A DNA stretch of 64,000 nt from assembly GCA_000004985.1 (NCBI GenBank), contig GG738858.1; one strand, given 5' to 3'. The stretch is from Naegleria gruberi (taxonomy: Eukaryota). The notes beneath the pieces are model-generated. The model had not been told where the DNA came from and made no database searches. It worked only from the letters and a program-made list of their open reading frames with translations. Numbering within the stretch: the first letter of the stretch is position 1; every line of letters begins with the position of its first letter. Both the position numbers and the translations under genes were made by a program. This document shows positions 54,294 to 64,000 of this stretch, in pieces.

Positions 54294-55649
54294 TTGTTAT
54301 CAATCAATATGAAGGAAATAATAACAATTCATGTCGGAGGGGCCGGATGTCAAATAGGCGATCAGTTGTGGGAGTTATATTGTAAGGAACACGGTATACA
54401 ACGTGCTGCAGATCATCATACCAATAATACAACCTCCATGATGGAATCATCAGCTGCCTTTTCATCAGCAGAGAGTTTGTTCTATGAAACGAGTCATACA
54501 GAAAAGCAACAATATGTTCCATTGGCTATCTTTTTCGATAACGACTCATCAAGAGTGCACGAATCGAGGAAGAGATTTGGTAACTTAATGTCCTCAGACA
54601 ATATGATTGGAGGTAAGGAAGATGCTGCCAATAATTTTGTGAGAGGATGCTACACGATTGGAAAGGAGAATATGGATACAGTCTTGGAGAGGATTAGAAT
54701 ATTGAGTGAGAAGTGTGATAGTTTGCAGGGAATTAATGTTGTGAACTCGTTGGGAGGAGGAACAGGCTCTGGATCAGGAACATTATTGCTTGATAGAATG
54801 AGTATAGACTTTGCAAAGGTTCCAATTCATTTGAATACTGTTGCACCATCTCCAAAATTGTATGATACAGTTGTGGAACCATATAATTTTTGTTGGGCTA
54901 TGGAACCAATGTGTGAAAAGGGATGCACAGCAACTTTTTATGATAATGAGGCCTTGTACAATGTTTGTGGAAATCATTTGGGAATTAATGATCCGAAATT
55001 AGCTGATATTAATCAAATTATTGCACACCACATTTCCACAAGCTTTTCCAGTTGTAGAATTGGATCTAATTGTGCAATGCCTGTTTCATTTGGAGATGTA
55101 AATCAGACACTTGTTCCAATTCCAAACTTTGAATTACTTACCCCTTCATTTGTACCATTTGGTTCTGCTCAGAACGAGTTGAGTATGGCAGAGAGGGGCA
55201 AACTTGCATTTAGTCCTTCCAACACTTTGATTTCTTACAACATCTTGGAAGGAAAAATGCTGAGCTCACTGTTAAGTTATAGAGGAAATGTAACTATGGG
55301 AGATAACTTTGAATGTTTGAGTGCTGTCAAAAAGATGGAGGGTATTTCTATGGGCCCTTCTTGGATTCCAAATACTTTCAGTTGCCACATCTCCAAAGCT
55401 CCAACAACTCTTTTGGATGATTCAGTTCTTGGGGTTGTGCCAAGTGAAAAGATGCTTGCAGTAACAACCAACACAACTGCCATCACCAAAAAATTGAATC
55501 AAATTATGGTAAACTTTGATAAAATGTATGAAAAGAGAGCATTTGTTCATTGGTATGTTGGAGAGGGCATAGAAGATGAATATTTTAGATATGGAAGATC
55601 TATACTCGAAGAAAAGGTTGCCACCTATGGAGAGTTGATTTCACAATAA
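54294..55649 (+). CDS. Highly divergent alpha-tubulin-like protein, intronless (451 aa)
   Basis: MKEIITIHVGGAGCQIGDQLWELYCKEHGIQ. GKEDAANNFVRGCYTIGKE. GTP-binding box SLGGGTGSGSG. TTNTTAI. KRAFVHWYVGEGIEDEYF. Long stretches between these blocks are unlike canonical alpha-tubulin. Confidence 0.75.
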   Translation: MLSINMKEIITIHVGGAGCQIGDQLWELYCKEHGIQRAADHHTNNTTSMMESSAAFSSAESLFYETSHTEKQQYVPLAIFFDNDSSRVHESRKRFGNLMSSDNMIGGKEDAANNFVRGCYTIGKENMDTVLERIRILSEKCDSLQGINVVNSLGGGTGSGSGTLLLDRMSIDFAKVPIHLNTVAPSPKLYDTVVEPYNFCWAMEPMCEKGCTATFYDNEALYNVCGNHLGINDPKLADINQIIAHHISTSFSSCRIGSNCAMPVSFGDVNQTLVPIPNFELLTPSFVPFGSAQNELSMAERGKLAFSPSNTLISYNILEGKMLSSLLSYRGNVTMGDNFECLSAVKKMEGISMGPSWIPNTFSCHISKAPTTLLDDSVLGVVPSEKMLAVTTNTTAITKKLNQIMVNFDKMYEKRAFVHWYVGEGIEDEYFRYGRSILEEKVATYGELISQ

Positions 55650-55656
55650 ATTTCTC

Positions 55657-57363
55657 TTACTGTACAATTATTTCAATATCTGATAAGCAGTTCTCATTAG
55701 CACTCATAAAGTATAATCTGTTAAAGAAATCAAATGATCCACATTTTGGTCTCATCCATATCTTTCCAAAATCCAAAAAGTCAATTGTGGCAATGTTCAA
55801 ACTTCCATTAATCATAAAATCACAAATCAATTTTCTACTGTTACTGTTAAAGGTGATCTTGCCATAAAATAATCCATTTTGATTTTCCTTATTATGAGAA
55901 GGTGTTACAACATATTCAGACATTCCATTGTTGGTCATGTTATCAAAATTAAGGATTGGAATCTTTCTCTCATTTGTGATAAAATAGTTCAGTAGCAAGT
56001 GTTTCAATTGGTGGGTGGTCTCTGTGGAACAGATTTGATTTCTGTGAAACTTAAAATCTCCAAATCCAAACATTAATGGGAATTTTCTTTCTCCACTTTC
56101 ATTCTTTGATGGCTTGAATATTGACTTGTATGCTCCTTCTTTGTTTCTCTTGAAAGTAAATAATCCAGGTGGACACCAACCAAAGCACTTTCCCACACCC
56201 TTATAGCTTAATTTGGCAGAGCTTCCCTTGGTATAGATTAGATATCCTCTCAAGTTATTGGCCAAGCAATTGTATCCAGATATGAATTCTGATAGAGAAA
56301 GGCTTGTTGCACTATTCTTTTCATCACTATATATTATCTGACAAGCATCAATGTAAGAAATATTATCAATTTCTACTGTTACGAATGGTTTCTTCTTCTT
56401 TACAGTAAAATAATTGTATTGAATATGTTGCAACTGAATGGTAGAGTGATTTAGTTGGATGGAAAATCCACCAGGTCTGAAATCCAATTGAGCAGTCCCA
56501 TGATACAGACAATTATCCTCCATTTGTAGATAATTATTAAATTTTAGAGAGTAATCTTGTTTTTCCTTTCTTCCAAAATACTTTTCAATTTTGGATAAAT
56601 CCAAGCTTGAATTTCTAAATTTTCCATAATAATTCGACATGAAATCATTAAAGTCTTTCAAGGGATTATCACTCGAAAGGTTGTAAACTCTTGTCTGATT
56701 TACAAAGATTACAAATTTCTTGCAAGTCCAAATTGCTTTTGCACTCACTCCACATTCATTATCAGCTCCGTAATAAATTTTCCCTTTCATCTCCACTTGA
56801 AAATCAACAATATCTGACTGTTTGCAATAATCAATTTTAAATACAATGCTAGAAAACTCAAAATTCACATCGTGTAATTGAATGTCATATAATTTACAAT
56901 TCATACAGAGGAGATATTTAGTGTTCGCTGTGATTTCAATGCATGAATCGTACTTTTCCGACCAAATATCTGTTTTACATTCGATACTTTCAAATTCCAC
57001 ACTATTCCTATCAAAATCGAATATTTCTCCATCTAGAAAATTGGCAAATTGTTTAATGTAAGGAGAAACCTGAGAATGTTCAGCCATAATTTCTATCAGT
57101 TTGTCCAAGCTTGAGTTGATATCCGAATTGTGAATTTCTTGTGAAAATAAAGAACACAATTTCTTCTTAATCCGAGCTCTTTTACTCTTGTTTCCAATAT
57201 TTTTACTTGTTACAAATTCAACAATTTGTTTTTGGTAAGTAACAAAGTCCAATTCCAGTAGTGGTGTTGATAATGCGGTGTTGTCCTGATCTGCATCTGC
57301 CAGCAAAATATTATTCGAATCTGTTCGGCGAAGCCATGTAGGCCTCAGCACGTTTGGACACAT
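55657..57363 (-). CDS. Hypothetical protein (568 aa)
   Basis: Long uninterrupted ORF with coding-like composition. No domain recognised. Confidence 0.45.
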   Translation of the reverse strand: MCPNVLRPTWLRRTDSNNILLADADQDNTALSTPLLELDFVTYQKQIVEFVTSKNIGNKSKRARIKKKLCSLFSQEIHNSDINSSLDKLIEIMAEHSQVSPYIKQFANFLDGEIFDFDRNSVEFESIECKTDIWSEKYDSCIEITANTKYLLCMNCKLYDIQLHDVNFEFSSIVFKIDYCKQSDIVDFQVEMKGKIYYGADNECGVSAKAIWTCKKFVIFVNQTRVYNLSSDNPLKDFNDFMSNYYGKFRNSSLDLSKIEKYFGRKEKQDYSLKFNNYLQMEDNCLYHGTAQLDFRPGGFSIQLNHSTIQLQHIQYNYFTVKKKKPFVTVEIDNISYIDACQIIYSDEKNSATSLSLSEFISGYNCLANNLRGYLIYTKGSSAKLSYKGVGKCFGWCPPGLFTFKRNKEGAYKSIFKPSKNESGERKFPLMFGFGDFKFHRNQICSTETTHQLKHLLLNYFITNERKIPILNFDNMTNNGMSEYVVTPSHNKENQNGLFYGKITFNSNSRKLICDFMINGSLNIATIDFLDFGKIWMRPKCGSFDFFNRLYFMSANENCLSDIEIIVQ

Positions 57364-57646
57364 TTTTTTCGAATGGTGTTAACTTGCCGAGGATTCAAAA
57401 AGGTTGATTAAAAAGGAAACATGGTACATTCTTGTTTTTCTAAAGTCAAATGTCGTTGTAAACTAAAATTTTTAAACTGTAGTATTTATGTTACAATTTT
57501 CCAATGTCAATACAGTATAATGCAATAAAACATCAAGGTCCCAAAATAGAGTTATATTGTATGCTGAAAACTTCAAAAGATTTCAAAACTCAAACTTCAT
57601 TCTAAATGAAATCTTTCAATAAACATCCAAATTCAAATACAAAAAA

Positions 57647-58336
57647 ATGAATGGTGTTGCTATTACGTAAGTTTTCTCTTTGATCTACTGATATGAAATC
57701 TACTATTATCAAAACAATAGAGGATCTGTCGCCTCAATGAGCACAATGATGCTCTATACTGGAGGAATGGCAACTTGGGGATGTAAGTATTTGCTCTCCT
57801 CCAATTAAATTAAATCCATTCTAATAGTTTTGGTTTGGTCCGAGTTCAGTACTACCAAGGTCGATAAAGATTCCCTCCTCTGTCAGGGAAGTACAATCCT
57901 CAATCTACTTCTCTCCTTCAATATCATTCTAGTTGTTCAGTGTGTTCTAGTCATCCTAGCTCTCCTCTCATCAGCTCTCTTCTCCTATAAGAAAGATTCC
58001 AAAGCTTTGGTCATTATGAGCTATTTCTTCTCGAGACTTTCCACTTGTTTCGTCGTCCTGTGCTATAAGGCCATGTTAGGTCTTAACATTGCCATCACAG
58101 TTCTTCTCTACTCTAAGAGTTGCAACATGAGTGCTCCTAAAATGTTGGCCAAATTGGAGCCTTTCATCATTACTCAATTCGTTCTTCTACCATTCAGTTT
58201 GTGTTGTATTGGATGTTGTGTTGCTTGCAATGGACTTGTTGGTGCTCTGAAGGAGAATGAATATTACAAGTCGAGCAAGAATAAGGATGAAGAAATGATT
58301 CAAACCAAACTTCTTGAATATTCCGATGGTCAATAA
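57647..58336 (+). CDS. Small four-TM membrane protein, 3 exons (exon 1 ATGAATGGTGTTGCTATTAC, then GTAAGT)
   Basis: Two GTAAGT introns (57667-57712 and about 57787-57841). Last exon 57830-58336 encodes four hydrophobic helices. Confidence 0.5.
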
Positions 58337-58727
58337 GGATTAAAAATCGAATCCATGGATCATTATTGAGTGTGTTTTCCTTTTGAGTGATATTAAATAG
58401 TAAATACTTTAAAAAACCTTATTTAATTTCATACTTCAACATTATCATCTTATCGCCTTTTTAAATTCTCCCCTAATCATTTTTTTATTCTTTACAATTT
58501 TCCAATGGAAGAAAAGAGTGAATTATTAATAGCCTTTGGTGTTTCTTAGCAATACTCCTTAAGAATCAAGTCTTTGAGGGTGTATTTGAGGAGGCGAAAT
58601 AACCCATCCATTTATGCGTCCTGTTTACGTTCTCTCGTTTTTTTCTAGTTGAAATCCTATTAAAAGAGCGGATTTCCTTACCTTGAAATTCTCAAAAAAA
58701 AAGAATCACAACAATAATCATACAAAC

Positions 58728-59132
58728 ATGTCCTTGAAGAATACCATTCAACAACTTGTCTCATCCAACAAGGTTACAATCTTCTCCAAGACTTATTGTC
58801 CATACTGTACAAATGGTAAGTTTTTTGAAAGATCGGAATGATTAATATTAACTTGGATTAATTGGATTAATATAATAATAATATTATTATTAATATTGTT
58901 GGATTGGAATATTCAAATAGCCAAGAAGCTCTTTGCTGAATTAGGAGTTGATTATAAAGCAATTGAATTGGACACAATGAAGGAAGGAACTGAATATCAA
59001 AATACTCTCAAGGAAATGACTAATCAATCAACTGTTCCATCTGTGTGGGTTAATGGTGAATTCATTGGAGGATTCAGTGATACATCAAAGCTCCACCAAC
59101 AAGGAAAGCTCGTTTCCAAGCTCGGATTGTAA
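58728..59132 (+). CDS. Glutaredoxin (CPYC active site), two exons: 58728-58806 and 58921-59132
   Basis: Exon 1 MSLKNTIQQLVSSNKVTIFSKTYCPYCTN then GTAAGT donor. Acceptor aaatag at 58920. Exon 2 AKKLFAELGVDYKAIELD..TVPSVWVNGEFIGGFSDTSKLHQQGKL (Grx TVP and GG motifs). Confidence 0.85.
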
Positions 59133-59213
59133 ATAAAAGTTTAATTTATTTAAATAAAAATCATAGAACTATTTTGAATTGTTACAAAATTAATTTACAA
59201 AATTGTTTTTTGG

Positions 59214-59825
59214 TTACCAATAGGATTCATGAACAGCAGCTGCTTCTTCTTCCATAATTGGACCAATTAGTGGAATGTTCAAACCTTCGGAACGTTCCTC
59301 GAATATTTCTCTACAGGCAATAGTCAAACTACCACTATTCTTCAAATTATTTCCATCTTGCTTTCTTCTGACAATTTCACGAAGTCTACTTGCAGGACAA
59401 GCATAAACAACCTTTCCAATTCCAACCCAGAAAATGGCACCTGCACACATAATGCAAGGTTCAGTTGAGGTGTACATTGTGCAATTAGTGAGATAGTCAC
59501 GAGGGTATTTCTTTGATGCCATACTAGACAAGTTCAATTCAGCATGTCTTGTACGATCATTTTCAGTGTGGACTGTATTGTGAGCTTCAAGAATAATTTC
59601 ATTAGTATCATTATCAATCAAGAGAGCACCAAAAGGATGATTACCGTGATCATTACAAGATTCCTTTGACAAATCAATTGCTCTCTTCATCAATTTTTCA
59701 TGCAAATGCTTTTGTTCATCAGATTGTTGTGAAGAACAACCTGAACAACAACGAATAGTGGTGACCAATTCTTGTGGAGTTGTTTCTGTTGTTGTTGATG
59801 TAGTTATGGTTTGTGTTGTAGACAT
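59214..59825 (-). CDS. CMP/dCMP-type zinc deaminase family protein (tRNA adenosine/cytidine deaminase-like)
   Basis: Zn ligand motifs HAELN (H-A-E) and TEPCIMCAGAI (PC..C). Confidence 0.65.
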   Translation of the reverse strand: MSTTQTITTSTTTETTPQELVTTIRCCSGCSSQQSDEQKHLHEKLMKRAIDLSKESCNDHGNHPFGALLIDNDTNEIILEAHNTVHTENDRTRHAELNLSSMASKKYPRDYLTNCTMYTSTEPCIMCAGAIFWVGIGKVVYACPASRLREIVRRKQDGNNLKNSGSLTIACREIFEERSEGLNIPLIGPIMEEEAAAVHESYW

Positions 59826-60395
59826 TTTTTTGGATACTCCTCACTAATTCATGAACTGGAAAGGTGTACTCCCGATAATCGTCAAGATAACAAGAAGATT
59901 CTCTATTCATAACAACCAATTTGGCTATGAAGATAGAAAGTGGTTTCTCCTTGGTTTGGTATCAAAATAAAGTCTCATGCTGATAATACCAATATTAAGT
60001 CTACCAAAATCTTTAAATTTTAAATAGAATATTTTTGGTTCCTTTGGTTGTTGAAATTCTGATTGAAAATGTTTTCTTGTCTTTTCTTCTTGTTAGATTG
60101 TTGTTAGAAAGCAAGTCACCATCCAATCAGCGAGGAAAACATTTGATGTAAAATTTCCAAGTTGGTATTTTGATAATTTTTTTAAAAATAAATTTGATGA
60201 TTTTTTAAATTTAAAAAAAATAGCAAACACCTAGATTGAGTGCGGACGAGTTTTTATTCTTCAAAGATACGGAATCGTCCACTACTGATTGTCATCATCT
60301 TTGGATACTTAGTATACTAGTCAAACTCGAGTAGTAAATAGTTTTTCCTAAACAAGTGAGGAGGATTTGGATATTCTAATATTTAAATCCGTTTA

Positions 60396-61991
60396 ATGTG
60401 TTGTTTTGGTTGTGTATTTTCCAATTTTTTCAGAGAAGTAATGGGAGTAAGAGAATTTACGATCCGTCTGTTTAAGAGCGAAGATCGTTCGAAAACATAC
60501 AAACCACTGATTGATATCCTTCCGTGGTGGGCTGTTTTAGTCCTTTTTATTATTGCAACAGTATTATTTGGTATTGCTATCATTGTGGGTGTCTTTGCAG
60601 GCCCAGTCGTATTGGATTCACACTATGTGGAAATGGATACAAGAAAGAACACAACAACAAGTTCACGTGGATCTATTGATTTTGTGCCAAGAACATCATC
60701 ACATTTGAGATATGCTCAATATACTTTGGATGGAGATCATGATGATCTCAAGCCACTTTTCTATGGTCAAGAACAAGTCTTGGCTACAGCACCAACAACA
60801 TTTAGTGCCATTAATCAAGAGATTAATTTTCTCTGTTATTTGAAATCTAATACTTCAACATTTTCTGTGGAATCTGAAAAGGCCTTTGGTTTCCAAAAGT
60901 CTAACCTCCAGTTCTTCTTGCAACTTTTTGGTAAGGATGAAGCTGATGGTGATTGGGAGCTTATTGTGAATGGTACCTATTCCAGACCATTGGTTTGTAC
61001 TTCCACTAGTGAACTCTGTGATCCAATTACACTATTCTATGAATCACATATTAGACATCCATACTATCGTATTGGTGTGAGCTTCCTCAACTCTCGTGAA
61101 TTATATGATAATACTCTTATTGATCCACATTTCGTCAAGATGGAATTTGAAAGCTACAATGCTGCTTATTCAAATTGGGAATTGGGCTGGAGATATAGTA
61201 TAATCTTTATCACTGCTCCACTCTGTATTGCTTTCATTATTGCCAATATTATTAGAAGTCACTTTGTAAATTGGGCTACTGAACAAAAGTGGATTGGATT
61301 GTTGCTCATTTTCCTTGTACTTTACAATAATCCTATTTTTGCATTGATTTTCACAGCAGGTAACTGGGCTTTCTCCTTTATTAATATTGTATTTATTATT
61401 AGTTTCGTTTGCTTTTTAATGTTTGTGGTGCTGGTTTTCACTGATTCTCTTGTCATTCCACAAAAAGATAGATCATTCCTGTGGTTCTACATCCCAAAGA
61501 TTGTATTGGTTGGCATTCTCTTTGTATTTGTCATTACTACCTTTACCTACGTCAGACTTCAAGAACAAGAAGATCCAGGTTACAATTTGGGAATTGTTCA
61601 AGGACTTTCCTCATATCAAACATTGGGCATTATTGTTGTATTGATTATGCTTGTCTACATCTTTGTTCTTATTTATTATTTGATGAGAGTTATTGAAAAG
61701 CACAGAATGAACTTGTTACCAAAGAGAAATGCTTGGCGTAGTAAGGTTATTTGGTTCTTGACCATTACAATGGTTATTGGTACTATTGTGGAAATCTTCC
61801 TCTACGTTTTCAGTAAGGATTGGAATAGCTCTGCTCAATTCTTGTCCTACTTTATGTTCTACAGTTTGTACGTTTGGCTCATTACCATTCTCTATTGGCC
61901 AAGCTTTACTGCCGTTCAACAAGAAGAATTCGACGAAGAAAATAACACCCAAGCCAAAGAAGATGATTACTTTGATGAAATGGATGAATAA
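60396..61991 (+). CDS. Multi-pass membrane protein with a large N-terminal extracytoplasmic domain followed by about 7 TM helices (Wntless/TMEM181-like topology), 531 aa
   Basis: TM1 WWAVLVLFIIATVLFGIAIIVGVFAG. A roughly 200-aa hydrophilic Cys-containing domain. A cluster of TM helices. Acidic C-terminus. Family assignment is tentative. Confidence 0.5.
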   Translation: MCCFGCVFSNFFREVMGVREFTIRLFKSEDRSKTYKPLIDILPWWAVLVLFIIATVLFGIAIIVGVFAGPVVLDSHYVEMDTRKNTTTSSRGSIDFVPRTSSHLRYAQYTLDGDHDDLKPLFYGQEQVLATAPTTFSAINQEINFLCYLKSNTSTFSVESEKAFGFQKSNLQFFLQLFGKDEADGDWELIVNGTYSRPLVCTSTSELCDPITLFYESHIRHPYYRIGVSFLNSRELYDNTLIDPHFVKMEFESYNAAYSNWELGWRYSIIFITAPLCIAFIIANIIRSHFVNWATEQKWIGLLLIFLVLYNNPIFALIFTAGNWAFSFINIVFIISFVCFLMFVVLVFTDSLVIPQKDRSFLWFYIPKIVLVGILFVFVITTFTYVRLQEQEDPGYNLGIVQGLSSYQTLGIIVVLIMLVYIFVLIYYLMRVIEKHRMNLLPKRNAWRSKVIWFLTITMVIGTIVEIFLYVFSKDWNSSAQFLSYFMFYSLYVWLITILYWPSFTAVQQEEFDEENNTQAKEDDYFDEMDE

Positions 61992-62564
61992 ATTCATCAT
62001 CATGATTTTTCACACAACAAGAATGATTCAAATTTTCACACTCAATCTTTCCATTAGTTATAAAGTTACTGAAATATCGAGGAGAATAAAGAAAACTATT
62101 GATTGTAAACAGCATTCCTGATCCATCACCATTCCAAGCCATTCTATAACAACATGTTTGGAAAATTCACCAAACAAGAGCTCTGTTTTCGCTTTTCATA
62201 TTTCCCGCCAAATTAATAACGGAGAATTTTAAAAAGAAAAAAACAAACAAATTCTTCGCTCATTTTGGCTTTCGAGTAATAAGAAAAAACTCAACAACAA
62301 TAATTCACCACAACTCCAGAAGAATATATTATAGCATTGCATTTGCAAATCATTGTAACAACATTAGAGCCTTTTTTCTCTTTTCCGTTTCAGCAACTTT
62401 ACAATTTTAATTAATTAATTATAATAATTTTTATATTAGAGGCCAAAACTTCATCATTAATGAGTGAAAATATCAACGTATCATCATTAATTAACGAGTA
62501 TAATTATACACAACAAGATTTGAATTATTATAGACATCAATAGAAAAAGTTTTTCATCATCATC

Positions 62565-63744
62565 ATGGAATCGACAACAACAGGACAACAAACAACAGAA
62601 TTCAACATTAATAATACAACAAGTGTTAGTGAGGATGTTGATAATGTTAAGAAGGCTTCGTTTATGGAAATTATGAAACAATTTTCAAAGGAATGCTTTG
62701 CTGGAAGTATTGCTGGTTCTTCGGGACTTATTGTTGGCCATCCATTGGGTATGTTGCAATTAATAATTAATTGAGAGAAATTAATTTAATTTGTTTACTT
62801 TTTCACAAATTAATGGAATTGTGTTCAAATTATGTGATTTTGAAAATAATATAGACACTATTAGAGTGAGAGCTCAAACTAGTACTAGCAGTAGAGGAGC
62901 AATGTATTTATTCAGAGAAGCTCTTGCAAAGGAAGGACCTCGTTCACTTTTTAAAGGATTACTCTCACCACTCATTGGAGAATCAATTAATAATTGCATT
63001 CTCTTTGGTGTCTACAATGGCTTGCTTCCATTCCTCTTTAGAACTGCTCTTGGAAACCAAACAGTTGAAGAAGAGACTGAAATGAGAAGAAATTCAATTC
63101 CACTCCAATTCGTCAGTGGGTCCCTTGCAGGTGCATGCATTGCTTTTGTTGTGTGCCCAACCGAGCTCATTAAAATTAGACTTCAAACCTCAACAGATCC
63201 AATCAAGACAAGAGCTACTGACGGAGTTGCTGGAAGAAGAGGATTTAAGGATTGTGCCAAATATATTTGGAAGAATGAAGGAGGATTGAGAGGAATCTAC
63301 CATGGTTTATCTGCAACCATGATGAGAGAATTAACATTTAATGGAATTTACTTTGCCACCTACGAACAAGGTAAAACTAGATTATCTAAATATTTTGCTT
63401 CAAGACAACTTGGAGAAAATGCTTCTGAAAAGGAAGTGAATCAATTGACTGAGGAACTTCGTTCTAACTGGAAAGTTGTCATGACCAGTGGTGGTATGGC
63501 TGGTTTAGCAGCTTGGGGATTTACCTATCAAACAGATGTCATTAAGAGTGTAGTTCAAGCAAGATCTCCTGTTCTTGCTAGAAATGGAACTTACAATGTC
63601 AAGATTGCAGATGTTTTTGCAGAATGCAGACAATCCAAATCTCTCTTCAAAGGTATTGGACCAACACTGGTGAGAGCTGTTCCTGTAAATGCCACAACCT
63701 TCATGGTTTATGAATTAATAAGTGGATTCCTGAACAGAGAATAA
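62565..63744 (+). CDS. Mitochondrial carrier family (SLC25) protein, two exons: 62565-62748 and 62855-63744
   Basis: Spliced GHPL|DTIRVRAQT gives the carrier signature PxD..R.Q. Second and third repeats PTELIKIRLQ and QTDVIKSVVQ. GTATGT donor, atatag acceptor. Confidence 0.8.
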
Positions 63745-64000
63745 TTTAATTGCATTAAAAACAACTCGAGAGAAACACAATTTTCAAATAATACCGAATT
63801 TATTTGCTAATAAAATCCAAGAATTGAGAAATAATTAGGTGCTGCACTTAGTGAGGAAACCTCCTCAATTGAAAGATGGAAAACTGGAATGGATTATCAA
63901 CAATAATAACACAGTCGCAGTGTTACTAGTAATTTGATAATAGAAAGTGGTGGTAGTAGAAGATGGGAAAGGAACTATGTACAAAGGGAAAAAGTGATTG

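Noticed and set aside
1-64000. Prokaryotic-style features (operons, CRISPR arrays, phage defence islands)
   Set aside because: The sequence has spliceosomal introns with GTAAGT donors, actin, tubulin, ubiquitin, 5S rRNA with Pol III T-run terminators and A-rich Kozak-like leaders. It is clearly eukaryotic nuclear DNA. No direct-repeat/spacer periodicity was seen.

Overview
The window is an AT-rich eukaryotic nuclear locus of about 64 kb carrying roughly 45 protein-coding genes on both strands. The gene set mixes housekeeping genes (actin, divergent tubulin, ubiquitin-like, Rho GTPase, glutaredoxin, mitochondrial carrier) with signalling and membrane genes (adhesion-GPCR-like receptor, G-gamma, trypsin-like protease). 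Some genes carry short 50-125 bp GT..AG introns (Rho-family GTPase, PTR2 peptide transporter, Ser/Thr kinase, glutaredoxin, mitochondrial carrier). Many others are single uninterrupted ORFs (actin, tubulin-like, ferric reductase, PNPO, RNA ligase, hydrolases). Start codons are often preceded by A-runs.

Three dispersed 5S rRNA genes and two tRNA genes are present. There is no prokaryotic operon structure, CRISPR array or rDNA array. The gene content (S1 serine protease, GPS-motif 7TM receptor, NHL and ankyrin repeats, sphingomyelin synthase) fits an AT-rich early-branching animal or an amoebozoan-like protist. I cannot assign the taxon from sequence alone.

The main things worth a second look are:
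- a 512-bp MITE-like DNA transposon (8-bp target duplication, 18-bp inverted termini) inserted exactly into a truncated actin paralog;
- that actin paralog overlaps by one base (TAATG) a ubiquitin-like ORF carrying an internal in-frame deletion, so the pair looks like a decaying pseudogene locus;
- two 5S rRNA copies share about 75 bp of upstream sequence and each sits just past the 3' end of an actin or ubiquitin-like gene;
- two diverged tandem hydrolase paralogs share a 100%-identical tract of about 350 bp, which looks like gene conversion;
- a near-identical tandem 733-bp duplication lies in a divergent intergenic region;
- an intronless Rnl2-family RNA ligase sits next to a tRNA-Asp;
- one receptor combines EGF, GPS, 7TM and a C-terminal RGS domain;
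- an alpha-tubulin-like paralog is highly divergent.
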